The notes under the pieces were generated by a model. It did not search any database and was not told the DNA's origin. It saw nothing but the letters and a program-made list of their open reading frames with translations. A stretch of 64,000 bases of DNA from Candidatus Saccharimonadota bacterium. GTDB lineage: Bacteria > Patescibacteriota > Saccharimonadia > Saccharimonadales > JACDBH01. Position 1 is the stretch's first letter. Each line of letters begins with the position of its first letter. Made by a program: the position numbers and the translations under genes. Positions 31,538-43,400 of this stretch are shown piece by piece. Location of the stretch: NCBI GenBank assembly GCA_028289135.1, contig JAQGGW010000001.1, positions 76,018 through 140,017 on the forward strand. Direction: 5' to 3'.

Positions 31538-31848
31538 TTGTTTCTTTGAGGGAAACAAACTTTACCTTAATCCAGAACTTTTTTATTTTTGATTATTTTT
31601 GTTTAGGATTAACTCCTACTATTGTATATAGTCGCCTACTCTGTTCAACCCCAATAAATACTTTTTTTGTATACATTCTAAAACCCTAAAATACCACGTG
31701 TTGTAAAATAAATAGTAGCATTTGTAACAACGTTAATTCACCCTAACACCGCTTAAGCTTTTTTCTTATCTGTAAACGATATATTTGAAACTCAGTATAT
31801 CGTAGCAATAAATACATCGTTAACTTTTTTGTCTAAAACTTATCCACA
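31538..31848 (-). promoter_or_regulatory. Conserved upstream module of giant gene A
   Basis: Leader hairpins 31538-31558 and 31567-31612; -10 TACAAT 31621-31626; -35 TTGAAC 31643-31648; sites 31715-31731 and 31802-31818; TTATCCACA 31840-31848. Confidence 0.8.
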
Positions 31849-31879
31849 GGCTATATGTAAAAGCTCATCATGATCTGCT

Positions 31880-34800
31880 TTATCCGCCTATAGTCGTACC
31901 GCTGTATATAGAAGTTCCACCACCGATATTTATCTGTGTTGGTAGCGCTACGCCAGTCGTAAACGTATTGATACCACTTGCGGGACTCCAAAGATTAGTA
32001 CCACCCGGGTCAATAGCATAAGCGCGCCACCAGTACTGCGTAGAGGCGGTTAATGCAGTTGGCTGGTAGGTATGTACGCCCAGTTGGGTAACAGCTAGGC
32101 CGCTCGTATAGGCCGTACTGCTGCTCAGGCTTTGGGCCAACCAGCCAGTTTGAGATAAAGTTTGATCTATTGTCCTAAGAACAGACGAACAATTGCTCGT
32201 AGTACAGACTTCAATTTTGTATTGCAGGTAATCACTAGAATCGTCGGCACTTCCCATTCTAAATTCTGGCAGGACGCTTGTACCAATGGCGCCACTTGCT
32301 GGCAGAACGAGCGTTGGCGCGCTTGGTATTGAGTTATATGTAAGGGATATATCTGTTATATTTGACTGTCCGCCGCAAGCGGAGTCGTCTAAAGTTGCAA
32401 CAAACTGGATGTAACGCTGAGTTGCAACAGTAATAGTCTGGGAAATCCCTGGATAAACATTATATATAGTGGTGGCTGATCCATAAACAAAACTACTCCC
32501 TGCCGTCTTGTAAGCGACGGTATAGCTACATTTTGCTACGCCATTGATGACAAATGAGTTGAGAGTATTGCCGCTGGCGCCAGTGTCTATGGTTCGTTCG
32601 TAACGGGCAGAATCTGTCATGGATTTGGACGCTAAACGCTGAACGTCGTTTTGATAGGCACTGGCTGTAGCCAAGCCGCCAACAACATACAGATAGCCGT
32701 TATAGACTACAGAAGCGTGACCCGTTCGGGCAGTAGTGAATGCGGATGTTTGCTGGACGCAGGAGCCAACGCTACCGCTAACGTCTATTGGGCAATATTG
32801 AATGTCATTTTGATAAGCACTACCTGATGCAATGCCGCCAATAATATGCAAGTAGCCGTTGTATACAACGGCAGTAAAATCATATCGTGCGGTATTAAAG
32901 GCTGAAAGCTGTTGGACGCACGTACCTATACTGCCATTTGTGTTTATTGGGCAATACTGGATGTCGCTTTGATAGACGCTGCCTGTAGCAAGGCCGCCAA
33001 TAATGTACAGGTAGCCGTTATAAGCCACAGAGGACTGGGAGGAGCGGGCGGTAGTAAAAGCCGAAGTTTGCTGCGTAAAGACCGTTCCGCTGCAGGTGGC
33101 ATGGTTGGACGGCAAACAGGCGGCGCCGGTTGAAGAGTCAAGCCAGGTGTATTGGATATCATTTTGATTTGTCCCGCTAGCGCTCCCCCCTATGATATAT
33201 AGAAATCCATTATAGACAACAGAGCTATGGGCTTGGCGGGCACCTGTGAAAGCGCTTGTTTGGCGGGCAAACACGGTGCCGGTGCAGGTTGCATGGTTTG
33301 ACGGCAAGCAAGCCGCTCCTGTCGCGGGATCAAGCCACGCATACATTATATCGTTTTGGTTCGTTAAGTTTGAGTCACCACCCACAATATAAATATAACC
33401 GTTGTATACAACTGAAGTATGAGATTGCCGTGTATTCGTAAAAGCGGATGTTTGTTGGGCAAAGACGGTGCCGGTGCAGGTTGCATGGTTTGACGGCAAG
33501 CAAGCGGCGCCGGTAGCAGGATTAATCCATGTATACTGAATATCACCCTGCTGTGTCGTACCATTCGTACCCCCAGTTATGTACAGGTAACCGTTGTATG
33601 CAACCGATACATGATATGCGCGAGTCGTGGTAAAGGCGGCGGTTTGCTGCGTGGCTGTCCCGGCCCCTGAATTAGACGGCCCAATAAGCATACGCTGAAT
33701 GTCGCTAAAAAACGTCGTACCATCCCATCCACCTATTACATATATATAGCCGTTATAAGCAACTGAAGTATGGCTTTTCCGGGCGGTTGTGAAGGCCGAT
33801 GACAACTGTACGCATGTACCCACCGCATGACTGGTACTGTTTATTGGGCAATACTGTAAGTCGTTAAGGACACTACCACTACCATTATCGCCCCCCATAA
33901 TATACAGATATCCGTTTATGGCTACAGCGCTGTGATTATGACGGCCAGTCGTAAAGGCGTTAGTTTGTTGGACGCAAGCGCCAACAGAGCCGTTAGTGTT
34001 AAGGGGGCAGTATTGGATGTCATTTTGTTGTGTTGGATTTTCACCGCCCGTAATATATAAATAGCCATTATACACCGTAGTTTTTAAAGCCTGGCGCGCG
34101 GTTGTAAATGCATTTGTTTGTTGTGCAAAGACGGTGCCTGTACAGGTTGCGTGGTTAGACGGGAGACAGCCAGCGCCTGTCGCAGGGTCAAGCCAGGTGT
34201 ACTGGATATCATTTTGGTTAACTGTGTTAAAGTCACCGCCTACAATATATAGATAGCCGTTGTATAAAATCGAACCATGACTTTCCCTCGTTCCTGTAAA
34301 GGCGGTTGTTTGCTGGGTGCATGTTCCAACAGCGCCAGTAGTATTATTTAGTACGCAGCGCTGTAAGTCAGACTGCTGCGCAACGCCGTTATTTCCTCCC
34401 ACTATATAAAGGTACCCGTTATAGGCTTCGGATGAATGAAACGCACGGGCGGTTGTAAAAATGCCTGTTTGCTGTACACAGGTTCCGATCGAACCATCCG
34501 CATTAATTGGACAATGACTAATGTCATTTAGATAAGACCCGCACGAACCAGATGAACATCCGCCAATAATATACAAAAAGCCATTGTATACAACCGAAGT
34601 ATGCCCATTACGAGCGGTAGTAAAAGCGGCTGCTTGTTGGGTTGACGAGCCTGCCCGCCCTTTGCCGAGCGGTATGTACTGGATGTCGTTTAGCTGGGTG
34701 GGAGTCTCACCCCCTAAGATGTACAGATAACCATTATAGACGACTGATGTTTGAGACTGTCGGGCCGTCGTAAAGGCTGCGGTCTTTTGGACGCATGTCC

Positions 34801-36661
34801 CAACACTGCCATTGGCATTGACTGGGCAGTATTGGATGTCATTTTGGTTAGTGCTAACTACAACGCCACCAATAATATAGAGATAGCCGTTATAGACTAC
34901 TGAGGTATGGCTTTCTCTGGCATTTGTAAAGGCACTTGTCTGTTGCGTACATGTACCAACCGAACCATTGGTATTGAGTAGGCAGTATTGGATGTCATTC
35001 TGCTGAGTACCGTTTGTTCCACCAATGATGTACAGGTAGCCGTTATAGGCTACTGAGGTATGAAAAGCTCGTGCGGTGGTAAATGCGGTTGTTTGACTGG
35101 TGCAGGTTCCCACCGAACCATCAGCATTGAATGGGCAGTATTGGATGTCATTTTGGTACGTCGAGCAGGCACCTGCTGTGCAGCCTCCAATTATGTACAG
35201 GTAGCCGTTATAGGCTACTGAGGTATGGCCATCGCGACCAGAAGTAAACGCATTTGTCTGCTGCGTGCAGGCGGCGGCACTCCCGTTAGCGTTAAGCTGA
35301 CATCTCTGAATATCGTTATAGAACGTAGATACGTGATCCCAGCCGCCAATAATATACAGATAGCCGTTATAGACTACTGAGGTATGGCTAGCGCGGGCGG
35401 TGGTAAAACCCGTGGCGTTCGTAGTGAAGACTCCGGTGCTACAGGTGAATCCACTCGGGCATGTAAGACTACCACTGGTGTTAATGGCTGAGAATTGGAT
35501 GTCGCCATAAGCTGACGTACCATCATAACCTCCAACGACATAAATATAGCCGTTATAAGCGACTGAAGCGAAGTTATGCCGCGCAGTCGTAAAAGCCGTT
35601 GTCTGCTGTGTCGTAGCCCCCACTGCCCCACTCCCAATAGTCCCCCTGTTAATCTGGTCTGTTGTGCTGTAGTCAATGTTGCCGGTGTCGCCCGTTCCCA
35701 GGGTAAAGTCACTGGTGGTAGTCACCACAATAGTTGGGTCAATGGTAAGGGGGTAAGTTTGGTTTTTTAGGTTACGGACATGTAGGGTTAAGATGTTGTC
35801 GGTGAATGTGTAGCTCACATCGTCGTAGTTCTTTATGCCTTTGTCATTCAGCATGAATGGTTTTGGGAGTTCATAGACCAACGTGTCTTTGGCCCCGTTC
35901 TTGCGAGCTTTATCTATCAGGGCTTGGCTCTTTTCGTCTCCAACCTGCAGGTTACCAAAGAGGGCTGGATCAGAAGAATAGATACCAATACCACCGTCGG
36001 ACAGCATTCGGGCTTCTAGATCAGTGTCAGCATTAAGTTGCCACTGGTAGTCTTTGGTGTTTTCGCGAGGGCGCTCTGGCATAGTGATGTCGCTCTTAAT
36101 TCCATTTTTCTTGAAGGTGTAGACATGGTGGTCGCTGCCACTTGGGTAGATAACTCGTCCATCAACTTCTTTTGGTTCGGTAACGCCAAACTCAGGGATG
36201 AGGGTAAAGGTACGCTTCCCTTCACTGTCACCAAAGGTAATACCTTTGGATGGGTCCTTGGCCAGGCTGGCACTGTAGGGTTCTTTGCCGGTGGCATCTT
36301 GTTTGGCTGCAATAGAGAGGACTTTTTGGACATCATCTGGAGAGGCTTCTTCGGCACGGTTGTAGGTAAATGCTGTGTCGGTAGTCTTAATAAGTTTGGT
36401 ATCGACAGTGGACTTACCAACTAGAGAGGTTTCTTGTTTGCTTAAAACATAGCGATGTTGTTGGAGACGGTCCATAACAAAGGCTCCAAAGGTAGTAAAA
36501 ACAATGAGGAAAGCCAAAGACAGGACGGTGGCACGGAATGCCACCGTGCGCAATGCGCGCGGGGCACGGCGGAAGAGGTGGGAGTAGGAGCGCCAAACTT
36601 TATGCAAGCGTTTTTTTATAAAACGCCAACTCTTACTAAATAATACATATAACTCACTCAT
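31880..36661 (-). CDS. Large Kelch-repeat protein (1593 aa) with N-terminal TM/'YPxxIDPT' domain and C-terminal FN3-like domain
   Basis: Many AFTTAR.xH.SV.YNGYLYI.GG Kelch repeats; YPLTIDPT; STQYWWRAYAIDPGG. Confidence 0.88.
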   Translation of the reverse strand: MSELYVLFSKSWRFIKKRLHKVWRSYSHLFRRAPRALRTVAFRATVLSLAFLIVFTTFGAFVMDRLQQHRYVLSKQETSLVGKSTVDTKLIKTTDTAFTYNRAEEASPDDVQKVLSIAAKQDATGKEPYSASLAKDPSKGITFGDSEGKRTFTLIPEFGVTEPKEVDGRVIYPSGSDHHVYTFKKNGIKSDITMPERPRENTKDYQWQLNADTDLEARMLSDGGIGIYSSDPALFGNLQVGDEKSQALIDKARKNGAKDTLVYELPKPFMLNDKGIKNYDDVSYTFTDNILTLHVRNLKNQTYPLTIDPTIVVTTTSDFTLGTGDTGNIDYSTTDQINRGTIGSGAVGATTQQTTAFTTARHNFASVAYNGYIYVVGGYDGTSAYGDIQFSAINTSGSLTCPSGFTCSTGVFTTNATGFTTARASHTSVVYNGYLYIIGGWDHVSTFYNDIQRCQLNANGSAAACTQQTNAFTSGRDGHTSVAYNGYLYIIGGCTAGACSTYQNDIQYCPFNADGSVGTCTSQTTAFTTARAFHTSVAYNGYLYIIGGTNGTQQNDIQYCLLNTNGSVGTCTQQTSAFTNARESHTSVVYNGYLYIIGGVVVSTNQNDIQYCPVNANGSVGTCVQKTAAFTTARQSQTSVVYNGYLYILGGETPTQLNDIQYIPLGKGRAGSSTQQAAAFTTARNGHTSVVYNGFLYIIGGCSSGSCGSYLNDISHCPINADGSIGTCVQQTGIFTTARAFHSSEAYNGYLYIVGGNNGVAQQSDLQRCVLNNTTGAVGTCTQQTTAFTGTRESHGSILYNGYLYIVGGDFNTVNQNDIQYTWLDPATGAGCLPSNHATCTGTVFAQQTNAFTTARQALKTTVYNGYLYITGGENPTQQNDIQYCPLNTNGSVGACVQQTNAFTTGRHNHSAVAINGYLYIMGGDNGSGSVLNDLQYCPINSTSHAVGTCVQLSSAFTTARKSHTSVAYNGYIYVIGGWDGTTFFSDIQRMLIGPSNSGAGTATQQTAAFTTTRAYHVSVAYNGYLYITGGTNGTTQQGDIQYTWINPATGAACLPSNHATCTGTVFAQQTSAFTNTRQSHTSVVYNGYIYIVGGDSNLTNQNDIMYAWLDPATGAACLPSNHATCTGTVFARQTSAFTGARQAHSSVVYNGFLYIIGGSASGTNQNDIQYTWLDSSTGAACLPSNHATCSGTVFTQQTSAFTTARSSQSSVAYNGYLYIIGGLATGSVYQSDIQYCPINTNGSIGTCVQQLSAFNTARYDFTAVVYNGYLHIIGGIASGSAYQNDIQYCPIDVSGSVGSCVQQTSAFTTARTGHASVVYNGYLYVVGGLATASAYQNDVQRLASKSMTDSARYERTIDTGASGNTLNSFVINGVAKCSYTVAYKTAGSSFVYGSATTIYNVYPGISQTITVATQRYIQFVATLDDSACGGQSNITDISLTYNSIPSAPTLVLPASGAIGTSVLPEFRMGSADDSSDYLQYKIEVCTTSNCSSVLRTIDQTLSQTGWLAQSLSSSTAYTSGLAVTQLGVHTYQPTALTASTQYWWRAYAIDPGGTNLWSPASGINTFTTGVALPTQINIGGGTSIYSGTTIGG

Positions 36662-39600
36662 GGTTTTATAATGACCCCGCCACCAATATTAACATTACCA
36701 CCACTAATTTTGACCTGGTTTGGGGTCGCGCTTGCGACAGTAGTAAACGTATTTATCCCACTTGCTGCGCTAAATGTGCCTATGCCCCCTGGGTCAACTG
36801 CGTACGCCCGCCACCAGTACTGGGTAGACGGACTTAAAGCAGCTGTTTGATATAAATGGATCGCAGTCTGGCCGCTTGTATATGCATTGGCAGTCTGTAC
36901 GCTTTGGCCCGTCCATCCTGTTTGTAAACTTGTTTGGTCAATAGTTCTTACAATGCTCGAACAGGTGTTGGTTGAGCATACGTCTATCTTATATTTTAGA
37001 TAGTCATTGTCTGGGTCGGTTGAATAAAGACGAAATTCGGGGGTCAAAGATACGTTTGTTGAACTATTAACTGGTTGAGTAAGGGTTGGGACGGTTGGAG
37101 TGTAGTTGGTAGTAAAAAGCTGGGTTGACGATGCTGTGCTATAGCTATTGCTACCGCCCGGGTCAATTGCATCAGCTTTCCAGCAATAAACCGTCCCGGC
37201 AGTTAATGTGCCTTGGTACGTGTAAGTAGCAAGCGTTGAAGAACCAATAACAAAATTACCAGCGTACGCGGTGTTACTACCCGCCCCAGCATCCTGCCCT
37301 GTCCAGCCAGTTTGTGGTGTACCGCTTGGCTCAGTAAATGGACTAGAGCCAACCGCGGTAGAACAGTCACTCTGATAAAGATAAATACGGTAGCGTATAT
37401 AGTCATTGTCAGCATCGGTTGATTTTAAAGTAAATACAGGGGTAAGGCTTACGCCGGTAACACCAGAGGTTGGGGTAGAAATAGTTGGTGCATTTGGAGA
37501 ACAATTTGGTTTATCAAACTTAATATCATAAGGCGAACCAGTACCACTTGTGAACATATAAAACGGGCATAGAGCGCTACTGATTGTTGCCGCTGATGTA
37601 AGCCATGTGTTTGTACTGGTTGAATATGAACTAGCTGGCGAACTCCAACTTGTATACGGCGAGCTAGACTTTGAATAATAAGTTGTATTTGACCTTATCC
37701 AGAATATATACAGATCATTTGTGGACGTATTGAGCGTAATAGACGTATAAGCATTGCCAGCATTCGAATCTAATATAACCTGGTTGGACCACATTGGCAT
37801 CTGATTGTAATATATGTCAGTACCATCAGAATACAAATAATCTAGGGGTTTGTTTTGATTATTATTGTTATAAGCCCAACGTACACTAACGTCAGTAAAG
37901 GTACCATTTTGTAAAGTGTTTTCTCCTCCCCATGTACTACCGTTATATGTATCGACAGCTATATCGTCAAGACTATTGATATAGATTATATATACTGTAT
38001 TTCCTGAAACAGCGACACTCGTCTCTTTCCCTACGTTAGAATTAGTTACTGCTGCTTGCCATGTAGACCATGGGTCTCCGTAATTATGCTTAAGCAGAGT
38101 CACGTAGTTTGTTGCCGAGTCTATATATGTAGCCCATGTATTTCCAATTTTATCTACTGCTAATGAGCTCCGGCTGACACTACCGCTGCTATTATTAATA
38201 TTCGTATTTAAATCTTGGATAGTGAAAGATGAGGCATCATTTTGGTTACCTATGGATGCACTTATAGTGGGGTTGGGCGGAGGATCATCGTATAAAATCT
38301 GAGGTTTATCATCCTTGTCCAAAGTGATACTTGCATTGAAACTTGATCCTGATAAATTTGTACTGTTTACAGTTGTTGGTGATGCGTCCCAACTACCTCC
38401 CACCCGATTTGAATACTTTATGGAATAAGGTGGTGATGCTTCCCATTCAAAGACTACGTGAGGCACATTATTTGAATCAATCGATATATCAACTGACCTA
38501 TTAAAACTAATGGCAGCTCCAATTGGTATATTCTCAACTGTCCCGTATGTATCGGATGTCAAAGTATTATATTTAAAAGAACTATCTCCATTTGCAGCTA
38601 AGTAGACTAAATGAAGTTTATCAGTATTGTCGACGGCTATAGCTACTGAATGATTTCCGCTAGATGTATTTGTACAAGTAGGGTGATGTGCACTATCAAC
38701 CTCTACCCACGATAGGCCATCGCTAGACTTCCAAACCCCACATGTACCCCCACTATCTATAAAGCTATATAATGTACCGTTAGATGTTCTTACTATTGAT
38801 CTTGCCTTTGCATCGATTGTGCCGGGGTTTCCCGAATCATTAATCTTGGTTGAAGTCATGTTATTGCTGTTTATCATTTTTTGGAATATTGTTTTGCCAC
38901 CCGAGTCTATGTAGCTTAAATAGGCTTCGCTTGTCGATGAGTTGCTCACTAAAGATGCGTTGGTAGTGTAACCACTCGTTCCGCTTGAGATAAGAACGGG
39001 ATTTGTGTCCCATGTCCCAGCTGTATTTTTATAGCCTTTTATGACAGATCCTTCAGAAATTACCGAATAAATATCTCCTGACGACAGACTTGCAACGTTT
39101 GCATATTGTGTAGAAGTTGTAGTCGCAGGATTAATATTAGAAGCCGTCCATACGCTTATATCGTTTGCATTAGTCGAAACGCTACTAATTATTTGATAAT
39201 TCGTCCCTCCATTGAAGTATTTCGCCGTGACTCTTAGTTTATTGTTTGTGTCTTTTGTCATTGATATAAGCGTTCTGGTTGAACTTGCAATAACTGATCC
39301 TAAACCAATACTAGCTGGCGCGGCTGACCACGCCCAGTTGTTACTTGCAGGATAACTCTGAGCAGATCCAGCTTGCACTGCTGAACAAGTACTTGTAGCG
39401 GTTGTTACGCAGTACGCAAGAAAGATATAGCTAGAGTCACCATAGATTGTAAAATCACTAAGGTTGGTTATGCCAGTGATAGCCGCACTACTATTCTGAG
39501 TCCACGTACTTCCGTTAGATGAATAATATAAACGTATTGAAGTTGAGGTATCCATAATAGCCGCCCAATATAGCGTTCCGTCATACCAAGTTTTACGCTG

Positions 39601-39780
39601 ATGCGAGTACTGAGTGGCGGTTGCGCTTGTAGAAGTATTAATTGTAACTGCGGCTTCTACCCCTGGTGAAATAAAATAAAAGGTAGTTAAAAACACCAGT
39701 AAAACCAAAATGGCACTCAATAAATACTTTTTTTTGATAAATTTATTTTTTGATAAAAATCTAGAAAAACGTTTCCCCAT
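36658..39780 (-). CDS. Secreted S/T/N-rich beta-propeller-like protein (1040 aa) with two FN3-like domains
   Basis: Signal ending VEA-A; SSNGSTW/SSDGLSW BNR-like motifs; C-terminal domains homologous to the 1593-aa protein; stop overlaps the next start. Confidence 0.82.
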   Translation of the reverse strand: MGKRFSRFLSKNKFIKKKYLLSAILVLLVFLTTFYFISPGVEAAVTINTSTSATATQYSHQRKTWYDGTLYWAAIMDTSTSIRLYYSSNGSTWTQNSSAAITGITNLSDFTIYGDSSYIFLAYCVTTATSTCSAVQAGSAQSYPASNNWAWSAAPASIGLGSVIASSTRTLISMTKDTNNKLRVTAKYFNGGTNYQIISSVSTNANDISVWTASNINPATTTSTQYANVASLSSGDIYSVISEGSVIKGYKNTAGTWDTNPVLISSGTSGYTTNASLVSNSSTSEAYLSYIDSGGKTIFQKMINSNNMTSTKINDSGNPGTIDAKARSIVRTSNGTLYSFIDSGGTCGVWKSSDGLSWVEVDSAHHPTCTNTSSGNHSVAIAVDNTDKLHLVYLAANGDSSFKYNTLTSDTYGTVENIPIGAAISFNRSVDISIDSNNVPHVVFEWEASPPYSIKYSNRVGGSWDASPTTVNSTNLSGSSFNASITLDKDDKPQILYDDPPPNPTISASIGNQNDASSFTIQDLNTNINNSSGSVSRSSLAVDKIGNTWATYIDSATNYVTLLKHNYGDPWSTWQAAVTNSNVGKETSVAVSGNTVYIIYINSLDDIAVDTYNGSTWGGENTLQNGTFTDVSVRWAYNNNNQNKPLDYLYSDGTDIYYNQMPMWSNQVILDSNAGNAYTSITLNTSTNDLYIFWIRSNTTYYSKSSSPYTSWSSPASSYSTSTNTWLTSAATISSALCPFYMFTSGTGSPYDIKFDKPNCSPNAPTISTPTSGVTGVSLTPVFTLKSTDADNDYIRYRIYLYQSDCSTAVGSSPFTEPSGTPQTGWTGQDAGAGSNTAYAGNFVIGSSTLATYTYQGTLTAGTVYCWKADAIDPGGSNSYSTASSTQLFTTNYTPTVPTLTQPVNSSTNVSLTPEFRLYSTDPDNDYLKYKIDVCSTNTCSSIVRTIDQTSLQTGWTGQSVQTANAYTSGQTAIHLYQTAALSPSTQYWWRAYAVDPGGIGTFSAASGINTFTTVASATPNQVKISGGNVNIGGGVIIKP

Positions 39781-39868
39781 GCTTAAGCTTAATTATAACA
39801 GAATTAAAGCTAAATAAATCACCATTTTATATCTGTTAATTTGCATATTTACAAGCTCTTGCTTTAGT

Positions 39869-40480
39869 ATGGTTAACTATATGGCGGGAGAACAACAAAA
39901 AGTTGAATACATGACCGATTCTGACGGCGTAAAGTACCAGGTAGTCCGTACGCCACTAGACGATACGAAGGCAAAACGCACGCGTAAAGCGCCAAGGCTA
40001 GCAGGTCGAAAAAGTCTGTGGCCGTTGGCTGCAATCATAATTCTTCTAAGCTTCACTATCATAGGCCTGCTAGTTTATAAATATAAGACAAATCAAAAAC
40101 GCGCTAATAATGTGCCCGTTGCCATTCGGCATGATGTCGATTTCCCAATATATATACCGCTAGCTTCTGGAATTACCATAGATAAAGATTCGTTCGACTA
40201 TTCGGTCAGTGTGCTACAGTTTAATGCCAAAAATTCCGGAACACCGCTGCATTTTGCGGAACAGAAAAAGACCCCGGAATTTGACATTAGTAAATTTGCA
40301 GGTGGTATCCAAATTTCAGGGGTGAAGCAGCTTACACTCCCTCAGGGCCAAGCGGTAATTGGAACAATACAGGACAAAACTATAGCTTTTATGGATACTG
40401 GCAACACAATTATCACCGTAACCGGCAGCCAGTCCGAATCTTTTGCCGAGACTATCTTTCGATCTTTGCAAAAGCTGTAG
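39869..40480 (+). CDS. Single-TM protein, 'FPvYYP' family, paralog 2
   Basis: Basic N-terminus, TM, NVPVAIRHDVDFPIYIP. Confidence 0.75.
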   Translation: MVNYMAGEQQKVEYMTDSDGVKYQVVRTPLDDTKAKRTRKAPRLAGRKSLWPLAAIIILLSFTIIGLLVYKYKTNQKRANNVPVAIRHDVDFPIYIPLASGITIDKDSFDYSVSVLQFNAKNSGTPLHFAEQKKTPEFDISKFAGGIQISGVKQLTLPQGQAVIGTIQDKTIAFMDTGNTIITVTGSQSESFAETIFRSLQKL

Positions 40481-40489
40481 TTTCATATC

Positions 40490-43400
40490 TTACCACCACT
40501 CGAGGGTACTGCCTGCTCTTATAACGACACCACTAGCTGTCGCCGTTTCGGGGGCGAATAGGAACTGGAAAGTACCACTTGCAGAAGGTACTATTACACC
40601 ATCTACTTCATCGATGTTACCAGTTGTAGAAAATGAAGCAGTAGATGCCGTACATGTACTTATTGCGTTTATATTTTGAGTAAGAAGAGTCGTTGCAGCA
40701 CTTGGTGTATTCTGGATTTGTGAAAATAGAGTTGGTGAAGCAGGCGCTGAAACTCCATATCCAACACCAATTGTTGTAGCTGTTCCTGTATGTAATATGT
40801 GAGCATGATATCTATAAACCACGCCAGATGTTACGGAAAATGTTAGCGCAGTGACATTCTGACATGCAACTGATGCAGTACTAGGTATATCTGAAGCAAC
40901 AGTTAATAGGTGGCGATATCCCAAACAATCAGCCCAGGCACCATTTTCATAACAACGGAAGCGTCCCGCATTTGAGTTATAGTACATGCCGCCATTTACA
41001 CCAGTTGGGTCACCAGAGCCTGTTTTAGTGTCAAGAATCAATAGTGTTCCGGTTGTATCGCTTGCGCCTACTGTTATCCTGCTATTAGTAGAATCTAATG
41101 TAAGGAATGCGGTGCCGCCAGCAGTTTGCAGGTTATAGGCAGCCGTTGACGAGTTCGCCACTTTTTCGGTTAAAGTAGCTGCGGTATTTCCGCCAATAAC
41201 AATACTGGTTGCGTTGGTTGGAGCTATATTGAGCGCGGCCGCACCACCGGTATCAACGTTTAGCACTGTAGCGCCGCCACTACTTACCGTAAGTGCCCCG
41301 CCGCTTGTGAGCGTACCGCCAGCCTTAACGGTTACAATTCCTGCGGTTGAAACCTTAAAGACATCAGTTGCGCCACCAGTTTGTGCCAAGAGCAGGTTGC
41401 CCGTGGCGCTTGAGTTGGCTTGGTTCAAATACAGCAGATTTGGCGCGCTTGAGCCAGAAGTAAATGTGCTTAAATCTTCTACAGTCATTAAATTACCCGT
41501 AAGCGCATAAGAAGTACCTGTAACATTACGCCTAAAGTAGAAATCGTTCGTACTATATGCGGCTGTGGCAGTAAGTCCTGTACCACAACTTGTACTACTA
41601 GATTTACAAGCTATGAGTTGATCGGTAGCATTCGTTAGCAGCAAGTTGATATTGCCACCACTACCGGTACCACTACCGATCTGGGTAGTGCCAGATGATG
41701 AGGCAATAATACCAGTGCTGGTTGCGTTATCGTAATACATTTCCAAATAATCCGTGCGTGTACCGCCATGGTTATAGACGCGCAGGCGGTTGGTTGAGCT
41801 GTCGAATGCAAGGTTGTTGTATGTAGCCGTTGAATCTTGCAATACAAATGCCGACGACGAATCCGACTTTTGCAAAAGCGTACCGGTCATAGTGGTGTTG
41901 CCCGTCCAAGTTTTGTCGCCATCAAGACTCTGCGTGGTTCCATTTAGTAAACCCGGGGTTGAGCCTGATGCAGAGCCTAGGGTAATCGTATTACCTCCGG
42001 TAATGGTAGCGCCGTTAGCATATGAGGTTCCGCTCGAAAATGTTCCAATTGTGTTAACGCCACTACCGCCAACTCCCGCACCCTGCATAGATGTCCAGCC
42101 TGTGCCATTCCACATATAGCTGTTGCTGTTACCCGCCGCTAAAACAACTCCGTACAGGGTAAAGCTGACACTACCAACGTTGTTTACATAGACAACACGG
42201 CCAGAGGTTGCCACTCCAGGAGTTGGCAATGTAAGTGTTTGGCTACCCGTGGTTTCGGTAATATCAAAGGTTGTTGCAACGTCTACGGTTGTACTTGCAC
42301 CGGTTGAACCACTACCGCCGGATGGGATGTTACCGCCAGCAGACATACTAACTGGAATTGAGGTAAACAAGGTACTGCTTGCGTTGGTAAACGTACTACC
42401 CGTCGCAACCGTTAGGCTCTTGCCGCCAGTAACAGTTGTGTTGCCGTTGAGTGTAGCTGTGCCGGTGCCGGTACTAAAGCTGCCAGATGATGCAGACTGG
42501 TTAAAGTTACCGCTCGCCCCAAAGGTTATGTTCTTGCCGGCTGTAATAGTAACGTTACTGTTAAGGTTTACGACTCCGGCTCCTGATGAGTTACCGATGG
42601 TGATATCACCTCCTGATGCAGCGGTAAGTTTAATCGCCGCACTCGCGCCTGTGCCCGTGCCACCTTGTAATAGTAATGTGCTTGCAAGTGCCGTCGACCC
42701 AATGTTTACGGTGTTTACTCCGCCTGCTGGTGTGCCGTTTGCGATGTTTACGGTCTTGGCGCCGGTACCACTCGTGTTACCTGTAGCTATATTTATAGTG
42801 TCCGTACCGCTTGCTGTTGCTTGGCCAGCGATAGTAACGCTGGAACCGGTGGTGCTGCCGTTTACGATGTTAACGGTAGGTACACCAGTACCAGCACCAA
42901 TGTTAACGGTTTGAGTAGTCGTGGACGAGCCAAGCGTAATAATACCGCTTCCGCCAGTCGCGCCGATGGTAATCGTACCTGTAGTCTGCGGTGTTAGGGT
43001 GATGGCGGTACCGCTACCACCTTGGATGAGCGTGGTATGCGCAGCGTTTGCATTTGAGCCAATAATAACCGACTGGATAGTGGTGGCGTCACTTGTATCG
43101 GCAATGTGAATGGCAGACGCGCCAATCACTGCACCGACCGAACCAATGTTGATGGTTTTCTGGACGGCATTAGCGCCAATGTTAATTGCACTGCTGGCGC
43201 CACCGGCAGTCTGAAGAGTGATGGCAGACGCACTTGTACCGCCCTGGATTAAGGTTGTGTGCCCACTGGCACCGTTACTGCCCACGACTACCGCGATTGT
43301 TCCGGCAGCACTGGCATTATTGGCTATGTTTACGGACAAAGTAGTTCCGGCTATGACAGAACCGGTTGCGAGGTTAATGGTCTTGCCGGCACCGCTTAGA

